Assembly (NCBI GenBank): GCA_043228905.1
Contig: JBHGNT010000001.1
Coordinates: forward strand, 17,484,001-17,548,000
Origin: Azolla caroliniana
Lineage: Eukaryota > Plantae > Polypodiophyta
Length of the DNA: 64,000 bases
Reading direction: 5' to 3'
The notes below the pieces were generated by a model. It was not told where the DNA came from, made no database searches, and saw nothing but the letters and a program-made list of their open reading frames with translations. Positions 10,206 through 21,612 of this stretch are shown one piece after another; the first letter of the stretch is position 1; every line of letters begins with the position of its first letter. The translations under genes and the position numbers were made by a program.

Positions 10206-13200
10206 GTTAGGAACAGTACTAAATTAGAGAAGTATTGTCAGGAACAGTACTAAGACAGAGAAGGAATTAGTACTAAAAGATGAGGATTAGTACTAAGGGA
10301 GGCGTAGAACTCTCGAGAGAAAGAAAGAAAGAGTGAGTGAGAGAGAGAGATAGAGATAATGATGATAACAAAAGATATATATTATGTTAAGAGAATATAC
10401 AATAGTAGTTAGGAGGCTTAAGACTGGTGTTGAACCGATTTGGTTCGAAATAATGCCTTGTGCCTCCTTTTATAGTCTTCTCATGAGTACTCCTGAAGTT
10501 TCTAGAATGTTCCAGAGAAATCTGGAATATACATCAATTTTCTATAGTAGAACTTAAATGAAAATAATATTTTTCGTATTCCAACATATAGTGTAATGGT
10601 CAAGTGCGCGACCCATGTAACATAAGGTCATGGGTTCGAGTCTTGCCATATCATGACACTATCCAAATAGATGATCAAACAAACATCCAAGAGATCTCGG
10701 AATATATCATTTTCCATGTGTTGGAAGACTGTTGGCGCATTAATGAGGCCAAATGGCATGACCGTATCCTCGAAGTGCTCATATCTGGTGCGAAACGCGG
10801 TCTTCCATTCATCTCTTGGTCGGATCCTTACGAGGTTACATGGCCCTCCTAAGTCGATGTTTGCGATGAACCTTGCACCATTTATCTGTTCTAAAAGACT
10901 TGAGATAAGAGGAAGTGTGTACCTATTCCTGATGGTGATCTTATTCAAGCCACGGTAATCTACGACGAGACAAAGTGATCCATCCTTTTTCTTGACGAAG
11001 AAAATGGGTGCGCCGGCTAGAGATTTCGACTATCGAATTAAACCATTTGCCAAATTCTCCTCTATATAGGCTTGATGAACTTCTAGCTCGGTTGGTGACA
11101 AATTGTTGATTGGTCCCCATGGTGGCTCTTTTCCCGGTTGTAAATCGATGGGGGAAATCATACGGTCGATGGTGAGGAAGCCTATTGGCTTGTACTTTAT
11201 CGAACACATCAACATAATGACGATATTTCTCTGGAAGTTGAACGGTGGACTCCTCTTTAGTGGTGTTGGAGGGTTTTTCTGATATTGCCAAGAGAAACAT
11301 TTCTTCCTTGCGTCCTTCCTCACGCAATTGATGTAGCGAAATGGTTGCAATCTTATGAGTAGATCCTCGGGTTTTTCGATACCGGATTTCTCTTGTTCTC
11401 CAATCTATGTCTAGGTTATGTAATTTGAATCATGGTAATCCCAAAACGATATTAATGGGCTCTGACTCTTCTATGATATTTCCGGGAGCAATGGGACAAC
11501 CATCAATGACTACTATAGAGGCTGGACACGGGAGTTTTCTTACGGATATCCGATGAGCTTGGGCAAAATTCTTATCCATGAAGCAAGAATTAGCTCTGGA
11601 ATCTAGGAGTGCTGAGACATGTACTGGAGAGGTACTTTTAGTACTAACTATTACTTGGGCTAAGAACACATTGCTAACTTGCTTAGAGGGAATGGAACCA
11701 CTAATGGGCTGCACAGATCTGGGGTTGTCCAGCCAAACGGCTCCAATTTTGGCTGGACTTAGTCATTTAACTCTTCTACTAACTGACTAAGGACATCAAA
11801 TTTGTTCGATAGATTTGGGCTATTAGGACTATCAGATATTCCTACTGAAATAGACTCGAGTTTAGTACAATTAGAACTAGCAACTATTTGGTTCACCTGT
11901 CTTCTTGGCCTATGGGGACAGTTCACTACAATATGCCCTGGTCCACCGCAATAAAGACATAGTGGATTTGCTCGACGTCGCTGCTTTCCTTCTTTTGATA
12001 ATGGTCTGCGACGACATGCAATGTCAATTTTTCCATCGGACTTGTTGGAGTATTCACTGGAGACGCATTATATGACTCCCTTTCAAAAGGTTTTGCTACA
12101 ACTGAGGCGTAGGTGGGCTCTGATCTTGCCCTTGGCATTTGGAAGTGTCATTTCGAACGTCGTTTGAAAAGACGGTTGTTGGATCTCACCACGCGATTGA
12201 TTGCTTATGTCAATGACTTTGGTTCTTTGGAGAAGGTCAAGAGTAAATCCTTGAGATCATTACATAGACCATAATGAAATTGCTCCATAAGTGCTTGGTC
12301 ATCCCAGGGGATACCAGAGGCAAGTAGGTGGAAATCTATAGCATATGCGGAGGCTGGACGATCACCTTGACGTAATCGTCGGATTTTGTTGATTGTTGTC
12401 CTTATGCTGTCAATATCTCCAAAATAGGCTTTAAACTCACTTAAAAACTCTTCAAAATTGTTTAGTAATGGAGATTCCTTTTCTAACAATGGAGCGAACC
12501 ATGCCAAAGTTGAGTCACTTAACAACGTGCCTACTACACCAACTCGTGATGCATCGGTGGGATATCAGGAAGGATGCATTTGAATAACTAATCGTACATG
12601 ATTAAGGAATCCTCTAAACTGTGATCGTGTTCCATCAAATTTTATGGGAAGGCCGATCTTGGGTTCTTTATGAACCCCTTGCGTACTGGGTCCTTGTTGT
12701 TGCATAGCGACTACGGTTTCTTCGAGTTGTTGTAGGCGTAACGCTAGTTCCCCATGTTGTTGTTGCGTCTACTGCTTCTCTAAGGAGATTTGTTGAAGCT
12801 CCCCCAACAATCATTGATTTTCTTGTTCCAATGCGAGAAACTTCTCTTTCAAGCATTGCAACTCCGAAAACACGGATTGATATTCTTGAGCGCTAACAGT
12901 GGCCATAGTATGAGAGAAAAGAGGAATAAGAGATTAGTATGAAGGGAGGGAGAAGAAAGAAGATGAAGGAAGAGAAGGAAGGAGAAAAATTGGTTCAAAC
13001 TGTCAGGAACAATACTAAGACAGAGAAGGAATTAGTACCAAAAGATGAGGATTAGTACTTAGGGATGTGTAGAACTCTCAAGAGAAAGAAAGAGTGTGTG
13101 ATAGAGAGAGATAATGATGATAACAAAAGATATATATTATGTTAAGAGAATATACAATAGCTTAAGATTGGCGTTGAACCGATTTGGTTCGAAATAATGC

Positions 13201-13358
13201 CTTGTGCCTCCTTTTATAGTGTTCTTAGGAGTACTCTTGAAGTTTCTAGAATGTTCCACAGAAATCTGGAATATACATAAATTTTCTATAGTAAAACTTA
13301 AATGAAAATAATATCTTTTGTAAAAGGTCATGGGTTCGAGTCTTGCCATATCATGATA
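10206..13358 (-). mobile_element. Second Tcn1-like element nested in the gag of the first; internally deleted (gag, PR and partial RT only)
   Basis: LTRs 10236-10658 (preceded by a 30-bp duplicated LTR tip at 10206) and 13001-13358. RT stops at IIYLD next to the LTR. Degenerate TSD ATCCA/ATCTC. Confidence 0.85.
10582..10650 (+). promoter_or_regulatory. tRNA-like Pol III type-2 promoter module (A box + B box) inside the chromovirus LTR
   Basis: TAGTGTAATGG (10589-10599) and GGTTCGAGTC (10633-10642) at tRNA spacing, with TGTAA and AAGGTC in anticodon- and variable-loop positions. No complete cloverleaf. Confidence 0.65.
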
Positions 13359-13550
13359 ATCTCCCAACAACCATTGATTTTCCTGTTCTAGTGCTACAAA
13401 CTTTTCTTCCAACCATTGTAGCTCCGAGAGAACAGATTGGTATTCTTGAGTGCTAACAATTTCCATAGTATTGGAGGAAAGAAGGATAAGAAGATTTGTA
13501 TGAAGGGAATGAGGGATACGAAGATGAGCATGAAGCAATTTAGTTCAGAC

Positions 13551-13954
13551 TGTCAGGAATAATACTAAGGCAGAGAGGGAATTAGTACTACAAATGAGGA
13601 TTTGTACTAAGAGGAAAAGAGGGTGCAAAATTCGAGAGAGAGAGAGAGAGAATGATAAAAAACGATATATTATATTATATGAAGAGAATATACAAGAATA
13701 GCTAGGAGGCTTAAGACTGTCATTGAACCGAATTGGTTCTCAATAATGCCATGTGCCTCTTTTTATAGTATGCTTAGGAGTACTCTTGACATTTCTAGAA
13801 TGTTCTAGAGAAATCTAGAATATACATGGATTTCCAAAGGGGAATAATAAAAAGAAATAATACAATATATAGCTTAATGGTAAGGCTCCAACCCATGTGA
13901 CACAAGGCTATGGGTTCGAATCGTTTTGAAGCCATACCATGCTATATCATGACA
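13551..13954 (-). repeat. 5' LTR of the outer Tcn1-like element
   Basis: Matches 1213-2325. TATA box on the minus strand near 13760-13767. tRNA-like boxes at 13870-13880 and 13913-13922. Confidence 0.9.
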
Positions 13955-13959
13955 GCAAC

Positions 13960-16740
13960 ATGCCGTTAAATGGATGAGATATATTTCTCGAAGCAATGTG
14001 ATGTTTTTCCCACCACTGGAAGATTACATTTGTCAGATAACTTCACTTGTCATGAGGTGTACCAAGCATATAAGGATGACATGTTATTAGAAAGTGTACC
14101 TTACATACAATATTGGCATTTTAATCGATTATGGAGATTGAAGTTTAACAACGTGGTCATACCTCGTAAGGTCTGAATGGATGTTTGTTTCGTATGTGCA
14201 AGTTTAAAAAGCATGGCAAAGAGTGAGACAATAGATGAAGAAATAAACAATTATAAGAATTTATTAAAAGAACATTGAGAAATCCAAGCGTTGGAAAGAT
14301 CTAAAGCTATGCACCATCGTCAAAAAGTGCTTCAATCACCGGAAAAGTATAAGTGCTTGATTATATATGGGATGGATCAGAAGAAAACTTGTTTGCCACA
14401 CTTTTGAAGGTTTCGTAAGGATATTGAAGATGAATGCCTAGTGTAGATGCACTTAGTAGGTTGTCTTCTATATTGTTAGACAATAAAGCCTCAAGTTTTC
14501 CTAACTTATCCAAATATCCACAATGACCCTAATCTTAAAGTAACAGTCATTCAAGTGTTTTGCAGACTTGGCAAGGTATTCTTCCGTCAGTACTATCCGT
14601 GCAACTAGAGACAACACGACGAGAGAAAACAAGAACTCGATTGTGTTTGGTTATTTAAACATGTTAGTAGACAAGGGTATTTTCAAAAAGATTAAGGTCA
14701 AATTCTTACTCGTTGGTCACACACATGATCACATAGATCAAATGTTTAGTAGGTTCCCCAAGAAATTAGCAAGATGTGATGCTTTCACACTTCCTATGTT
14801 GTCAAAGTTGATCACTGAAGCTTATACCCCAAAGCCAGATGTACAACATTTAGAGGAAGTTTATGATTTAAAATGCTTCTATGTGGATGATAATGGGACT
14901 CAATGTAGGGTTCTTGCTAAGCTTAATAATATAAGTTTTAACCACGTCTTCCTCATCCAAAAAAGTGTGGTTGGTCACAACCAAACGATGTTGTATGCCA
15001 AACAATACTCATCTAGTTCACAATGGGAGCCACAAGACGGATGTAGGCTCTTATTGCATTTCCCGGATGCAGTAATCTATGGTGCAAAACAAATGCCCAA
15101 TGAGGACCACAAAAGATTGGCTACTAGTAGTTCAATTGAAGAGCAAAAGATATATTGGATGTGGTGCCTTGAGGAAAAACACAAAAATATTGAGAAGACC
15201 AAAAAGTAAGTTGGTGATCAGGCTATGGAATGGTGCGATAACTTCTTTAATCATCAACATACAATATTAGATAACCACTTTGTAGGTTACTGGCCACTAC
15301 AAAATCAATTCAAATGGAATATTTGTGACCCATCAATTGTTAGGAAACAGGTCCCTCTGGATGGGAAGCGAGGAGAAATCGGATGAGGAATACCTGGCTA
15401 CGGACGACCCGGTGAGAACCGGATGAGGAGTACCCGGCTACGGAGAACCGGATGACGAGTACCCGGCAAGAGCCGGATGGTGAAGACCTGGTGAGAATCG
15501 GATGAGGAATACCCGGCAACGGAAGACCCGGTGAGAACCGGATGAGGAGTACCCGGCCACGGAGAACCGGATGACGAGTGCTCGGCAAGCGCCGGATGGT
15601 GAAGGCCCGGTGAGAAGGGCTCACTAGATGAAGGGACATATTCGTAAATATGTTTTCCTGAGAGGCCATCGGGGCTATATTTGTAAATAGCCGAAACGTC
15701 ATATTAGTATAAATATGACTTAGGGCAAACTTAGAAAGTGTTGTTGTCATTCTTGTTTGCGTAAGATTAGAGCGTGCAACTGTGTACAGAGAGAGTAAGA
15801 GAGAGGAAGAGGTTGTTGCCTCTGTTGTAACCGCCGCGTGTGGCGAAGATAGAAAGCTCGAGGTTGTTGCTTCGGTGCTTTACCAATTTTTGTACATTCT
15901 GACATAGTGATAGTTTGCAGTCTGTGGGCTGCCGTGGTTTTTCCCGTATTTGGGTTTTCCATGTAAACATCATGTGTACTCTTCTCTTCATTGTGTCATG
16001 CATTCATTCCCCGTTTTTCTGTGTTTTGATTCTAAGCTCGGTTGTGGCCGAGCCTTGTTCATCGGGAGCGTGTGTTCCTGTCATCAATGGCGAGCATGAC
16101 TTGTTTACAACCACTAGATAATCTTGAATTGAATAATCTAGTTCATCCACAACAAAGAGATATTTACGTGGAACCAAGATTATCGCATGCCGTAGAGACG
16201 AGATGGCAAGGAAATCTACATGAGCTATGTGGGTTGAAACATTAGTTGGGGGTGATAAGTTGGGTCATCCCTTTTGGATTGCTTAAATCATTGAAATTAT
16301 TAAGGATGATGAAAGCAATCAAGTTCAATCCATTGTGGTTCGTTGGTATCATACCTCTTCCAAAGATGCATTTATTGGGAAGTACTCTTTAGAGATGGTT
16401 AAGGATGTTGGAGGCACAAGCAGAAAGCGGAGAAGAAAGAATCTACCCAGCACGTCTACTCTCACACTTGATAATGTCGACATACTTGTGTATGACTTCT
16501 CCTTGACCAAAACAGGCCATCTAAGATAGACTACAATCAAGATAATAAAAGTGAAGAACCCAGATGTGCATGTTGACGCAACACAGAGAAGAACAAGGAG
16601 TATGTCTCATAATCACGGTGATGTTGGATTGCAATTGGATGAAGACAATGCATTGATTGCTAGTGATGTTGAGGATGAGACCTCAGAAAGCTCTTCTAGT
16701 TCATCGGGTGGGTCTAAAGGGGAAGGTGTATCTCAGAGAA
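13960..16740 (+). pseudogene. Sola-like DDD DNA transposase pseudogene with a C-terminal accessory domain
   Basis: CxxC...H segment, then GMDQKKTCLPH, DNTTRENKN and FLLVGHTHDHIDQMFS (RNase H-fold DDD-type motifs). C-terminal HPFWIA...VVRWY...VDILVYDFSLTKTGHLR and an acidic tail. Multiple stops; interrupted at 15338-16083. Confidence 0.7.
15338..16083 (+). mobile_element. Copia solo LTR
   Basis: TGTTAGGAAACAGG...CCTGTCA with perfect TSD TCAAT and expanded CCGG-rich U3 repeats. Confidence 0.92.
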
Positions 16741-18696
16741 GTGATGGTTCTCATATATGCAATGTAAATATTGTATGCTACATCAATATGGCGACTCACA
16801 AATATATATAAATATAGGTGTTAGTCATTTTGTAATTTTTGTACGTTCTCTTGTAAATTTCATGTGTCGATTATTTAGGCATTTTTTTGAAAGCCCAAAA
16901 TTTTTGGACATGGTATAAATCAATATATTTTGATTCAATTTCCAAAAACATTTACGCATGCGATGGTCCTTTTTGTGAAATGACCTACTTTGTGTCTTTT
17001 TTGGATGGACATTTCTTAAATTACGACATATTACCTGTTTCAAATGACTCAGTGTTATTAACTAGTGATCCAATTCTCCAACCACAATCTTCTTGATAGA
17101 GTACTTAGCAATTAAATATTCGACCTTGTGTTGCCGACCAAGGGAGATGACAACACAAATTTGGCATGATCGATTACATCTGTCAAAGACAGAGAACAAA
17201 GGAGAATGGATGTTGTCTAGACGACATAGTACAGAACAATCTGTGAGGAGCAGACGACCATGCATGCGATTGGAAACCCAACGTGCACAAGAGGAGAATT
17301 CGACAGATTCAGAGTATTTTGAATGTATTCAACAAGAGTCTGAAGAGGAACTATAGGAAATCCTAGATTTGGAGGCTACGATCGATAGTAGCTCAAATGA
17401 CGAGACGTCCGATCAACACCTACAACTAATCAATTCGACAAAAGTTTCAGATTAAGAGGATACAATACCGTATACCTATCCCAAATATAATGATGAAGTA
17501 GATGCTGAAGTGCATGTGTGTGCATTCCTTATGACATGGCAAGCCAACCATGTCTCACAGAGATGATCACCAACCGACGTGAATGTGTTGAAAATTGCGG
17601 AATTCGGATTGTCGTTAGAAGGACAATAAGCCAACTAGTACTTGAAGCACGACTAGGGCGAGTTCGAATAATTTAAACAACTCATTGACAAATTTGTTAG
17701 ACTATTTCACTGGGAGATCACGTAACCGAAACTTATGAGCCAATTCTAAGGGACCTATCAAGAAGCTCATGAAACAATTCCTCCGTTCATTATTCGGTTT
17801 CAAAAGCTTCGGAGGCAACTAGCACGACCACCTCCTGAGGAAGATTTGAAGGACACCTTTTTGACGGCCCTCCAAGAGCCACTTTGGAAGACTTTTTCAA
17901 TTTCAAGGATGAATCACTATAACAGGTAATTGATAGAGTGCTCATAATGGATAGACAGCTCAAACCAATAATAACATGTCTATGGCTTCATTGCAAAAAT
18001 CATTACCAAATAAGGAGGAATTAAGTTTCCGACAAGAAATTCAATGTACGACTTGCTTGAACCCTGAGCATTCCACAATCGAATGCACACAACGCACACA
18101 ACGCCCGATTTAACATTCGAATGTGCACACTCTAGAACAATGCGAATACAATTTACTCAATAAAGTAAATGTATCTGCGGCAAATAGAGGCAACAGAAGA
18201 TAGGAGTCGACATGATGAACATGGCCGATTCCGGGAGTATGATTGACCCTGGCACTAGGGGAGGTTTCAAACAGAAGAAGATAGATTTAGAGAAGAAGAC
18301 TATTAAGAGAAAGCCGATACAGATATGGTCGGGATTACTCACCCTGGCTTGAACCAAGACAAGATCGTCAACAATAATAGAGGCGGATTTAAAGAATTGA
18401 GACATAATCTAATATGATGATCAGTCAAGACATTACGCCCAAAGGCGAATGGAAGACGATCACAATTGACGATTCCAACCAAACAGGGATAGACGGGACG
18501 AACATAGACATCCGACAAATACTAGACCATTTCAATATAACCCTCGCAATAGGAACGAATCTGATAACAACCACAACAATCACAATTTGAAAGAGGGGAG
18601 TCAAGCGAGTCTACCAAACCAACATGTTATATTTGACGAAAGGACGACCATTATGCAAATGTTTGTCCAAATAAAGAGAAGGGTAAAGTCTCAACC

Positions 18697-19142
18697 ATTA
18701 ATATGGTAACATCCGACATCCAACAAGTAACCACACGTTGTAAAGCTAAACAGTCGGAGTGGGACATTCAAGATGAAATTCGGAAGGAAGCAAAGAATTG
18801 GATTGAGATAGCTAATAGCAAAAATGTCAACCGAATGCAACATGACATGCAAAATATGACAATTGACAACTCCCAGTCAAAATAGCAGTCGACACTATCT
18901 AATGAAACAATTATACAGGATTAATATGGTAACATCCGACATCCAACAAGTAACCACACGTTGTAAAGCTAAACAGTTGGAGTGGGACATTCAAGATGAA
19001 ATTCGGAAGGAAGCAAAGAATTGGATTGAGATAGCTAATAGCAAAAATGTCAACCGAATGCAACATGACATGCAAAATATGACAATTGACAACTCCCAGT
19101 CAAAATAGCAGTCGACACTATCTGATGAAACAATTATACAGG
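18697..19142. repeat. 223-bp near-perfect tandem duplication
   Basis: Near-identical peptides end at 18885 and 19108. Confidence 0.9.
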
Positions 19143-21612
19143 ATTTGACTTGGTAGGCTTTAACTGAATGTCAAATTACCATGTCACTAGGTAATTTATT
19201 GAACTTAGTACATCGATTTTGAGTAAATTTGGCTGCAATGGTGGGAAGAAAATGAGATGCCAACTCCGTTGATTAATTACACAAATTCCACTGAAGGGTC
19301 CACAGTACTAGATGAACAGAATCCCGCAATCAAGGTAATTATCAAAGGTAAGGAAGTGCCCAGTAGCATTGTAGACAGAGGTTCAAGGGTTAATGTCATA
19401 AGCCAAGCAACTTGTGATCAACTCAGCATCCAGGAATGGGATATTTGCCCATGTTGGCTTCGGATGGCCAACACCAATTTTGTTCGACCACTCAATTTAA
19501 TTCAGAATCCAATAATCACAATCGGTGGGTATTCTTTTGAAATTTCGGCAGTAGTATTAAAATTGGATGCACAAGGTGCATATCCACTTTTGCTCGGTCG
19601 ACCATGGTTACGTACCGCGAATATAAAGCTGAATTGGCAAAAAAATATAATTAGTTTCTAAAGGGGAAAAACCAAAGTATGAGTGCTGACACAGAAGAAA
19701 ATCGTCACCAAAAAGGAAATAGCCCCACTATATGCCAAGGTTGTTAACATGATGGAGGGGTTAGCCAACGAAGAGGTTGATCATTACATTCAAGAGAAAT
19801 CTAAACAGTGGTTTTATTTGAAATCGATGTGGTTGACATAATTACTACATACATTGCTAAAGGAAGGGCCGACCAGAAACAAGAAATACAAGAGCTAGAT
19901 TAAATGGGACTTGCCGAATTAAAACACATAAAGGACGCATTCGAGCAAGATTGCAGATATCACAATGTTTTGTCGTGAGGATTTTCGGCCATGGTGGGAA
20001 AACTCAAGTGGAACGAATAAAACGAGATGTGCAACGTAGCACATATACTTATTAAATTCATAACCTAGGAGTAAATAAACAAATGTAAAGTGTAAGGTGT
20101 TCTACGAAAATTTGTTGAGTGTAAATATGATGATGTGGACTTGTGTGCACATCGGCACGTAGGAAAGGGGAGTACGTGGGGGTACAAATATGATGGGCAA
20201 TGGCATTGAAAGCGTGAGGGGAGAGAGTTAAAGGCACACCGATTTAAGATCATGGGAGATATTCGCCATTAAAGGAAAGGGGATTTGACTCCTCTTTATG
20301 TAATGTGCCTCACCCCTTACTACTATAAAAGAGAGTGAGGGGTCAATTTTGAGGGCTTCCACTTTTGGGCTTTTCTTTGGGGAGTTGCCATTTTTTTGAG
20401 GTTTGAGGTTTGAGGTTTCTCATAGGGTTTCATTCTTCTTCTTCTTTACCTAACCGGTTAGGGTTTCTTCTAGAGTTTTGATTTGACCTACACAGCCATG
20501 GTTGTAATCGTATAATGGATTCTTAATATAGTTTGTTGATGTATCTTGTCTCCATTTTCTCTACCATGCTAACCTCTTATTTTTCTCCTTTCCTCTTGAG
20601 CTCAAAGGTCGAATGTTAAGCTCCCATTCCCCCTCTACTTCCTAGTCCAAGACCCCTGCGATCCCAGCTAAGATCGTACACGTACCCACGGAATTCCGCG
20701 ACATAGTTGGTGAACCCGATGTGAAGAGGCGGCAAGGGAGGACGAGGAGGGAAGCTTCATTGGAGGCATATGGGTACAAGAAACCAAAGGGGCGAAGTCG
20801 GCATGAGTTTGATCGATGGGTGGCGTCGGTGAAGCCCCATCAGAGTGCAATGGAAGCATTCTGAGAATTCAAGCGTCGTTTCGCTCAACTCTTAGAACGG
20901 GATCGGAGATCGGTGGGGGCGGACAAAGTCCTCCTATTTTTGAAGACGGTCCATCGGGAGGAGATGATGGACATTTTATTCGAGCTCGAAGATGATTATG
21001 GAGCACACGGCCTCACCGAGGATTGGACCGAAGTGGAGTGGGTATGCCGGCAACACGATGAGAAGCGGTCAGCCACAACACGGCCCGCGAGCGACGGAGA
21101 AGAGAGGGTGGTGAGTGAGTACACACTACCATCAAAACGGAGCTCAATGCGTAATGGTTTGAAGGAGTTCGACCTAGAAGCTTTGGTGTGGAAGGCATGC
21201 GAGATATTGAGGACAAAGATAGAAGCCGAAGAAGGGTCTATTGCGGAGTTGGGTCCGTGAGGATCGGAGGACGCGGAGGAAGACGCCTCCCTACACGTGG
21301 AGGACGGGGCCTATATGGAGGCTGAAAGAGCGTGCAACGGAGACATGGGAGAGGGTACGGAAAGAGCGACCCTCTCGTCTTGCAGAAAAGGGACGGCCAT
21401 GAAGAAGGCCGAGAACCACGGACGGCGAGCGCCACTTCAAGACACGGTTGCCTGAAACGTCGAGCAAGGAGTAGGCTTGCGTAATCGGAGATGGGGTAGC
21501 CACGGATGACGACGTCCGGACAAAGGTGGCTACAGACATGAAGACCAGTGATGCCGGAATCTTGCCCACACCAGTTCTAGAGACTTTGGTGGTCAGCGAC
21601 GAGGGCCCACGT

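Larger units (their letters stand above)
7553..13470 (-). pseudogene. gag of the outer Tcn1-like element, split into ~13359-13470, 9463-10205 and 7553-7829
   Basis: KISLPVKFD...FRGFLNQVRL, PMEID, CLYCGEPGHIAVNCP zinc knuckle; ends EEELND*. Confidence 0.85.
1213..13954 (-). mobile_element. Tcn1-like chromoviral Ty3/Gypsy LTR retrotransposon (outer copy, decayed, multiply interrupted)
   Basis: Paired TG...CA LTRs at 1213-2325 (3') and 13551-13954 (5'). Polypurine tract (PPT; C-run on +) at 2330-2340. Order is gag-PR-RT-RNaseH-INT-chromodomain. Flanks GTGAC/GCAAC fit a CpG-decayed TSD GCGAC. Confidence 0.9.

Noticed and set aside
13862-13935. Functional tRNA gene
   Set aside because: Acceptor and anticodon stems do not pair; only promoter boxes and loop motifs remain, and the motif is part of an LTR.
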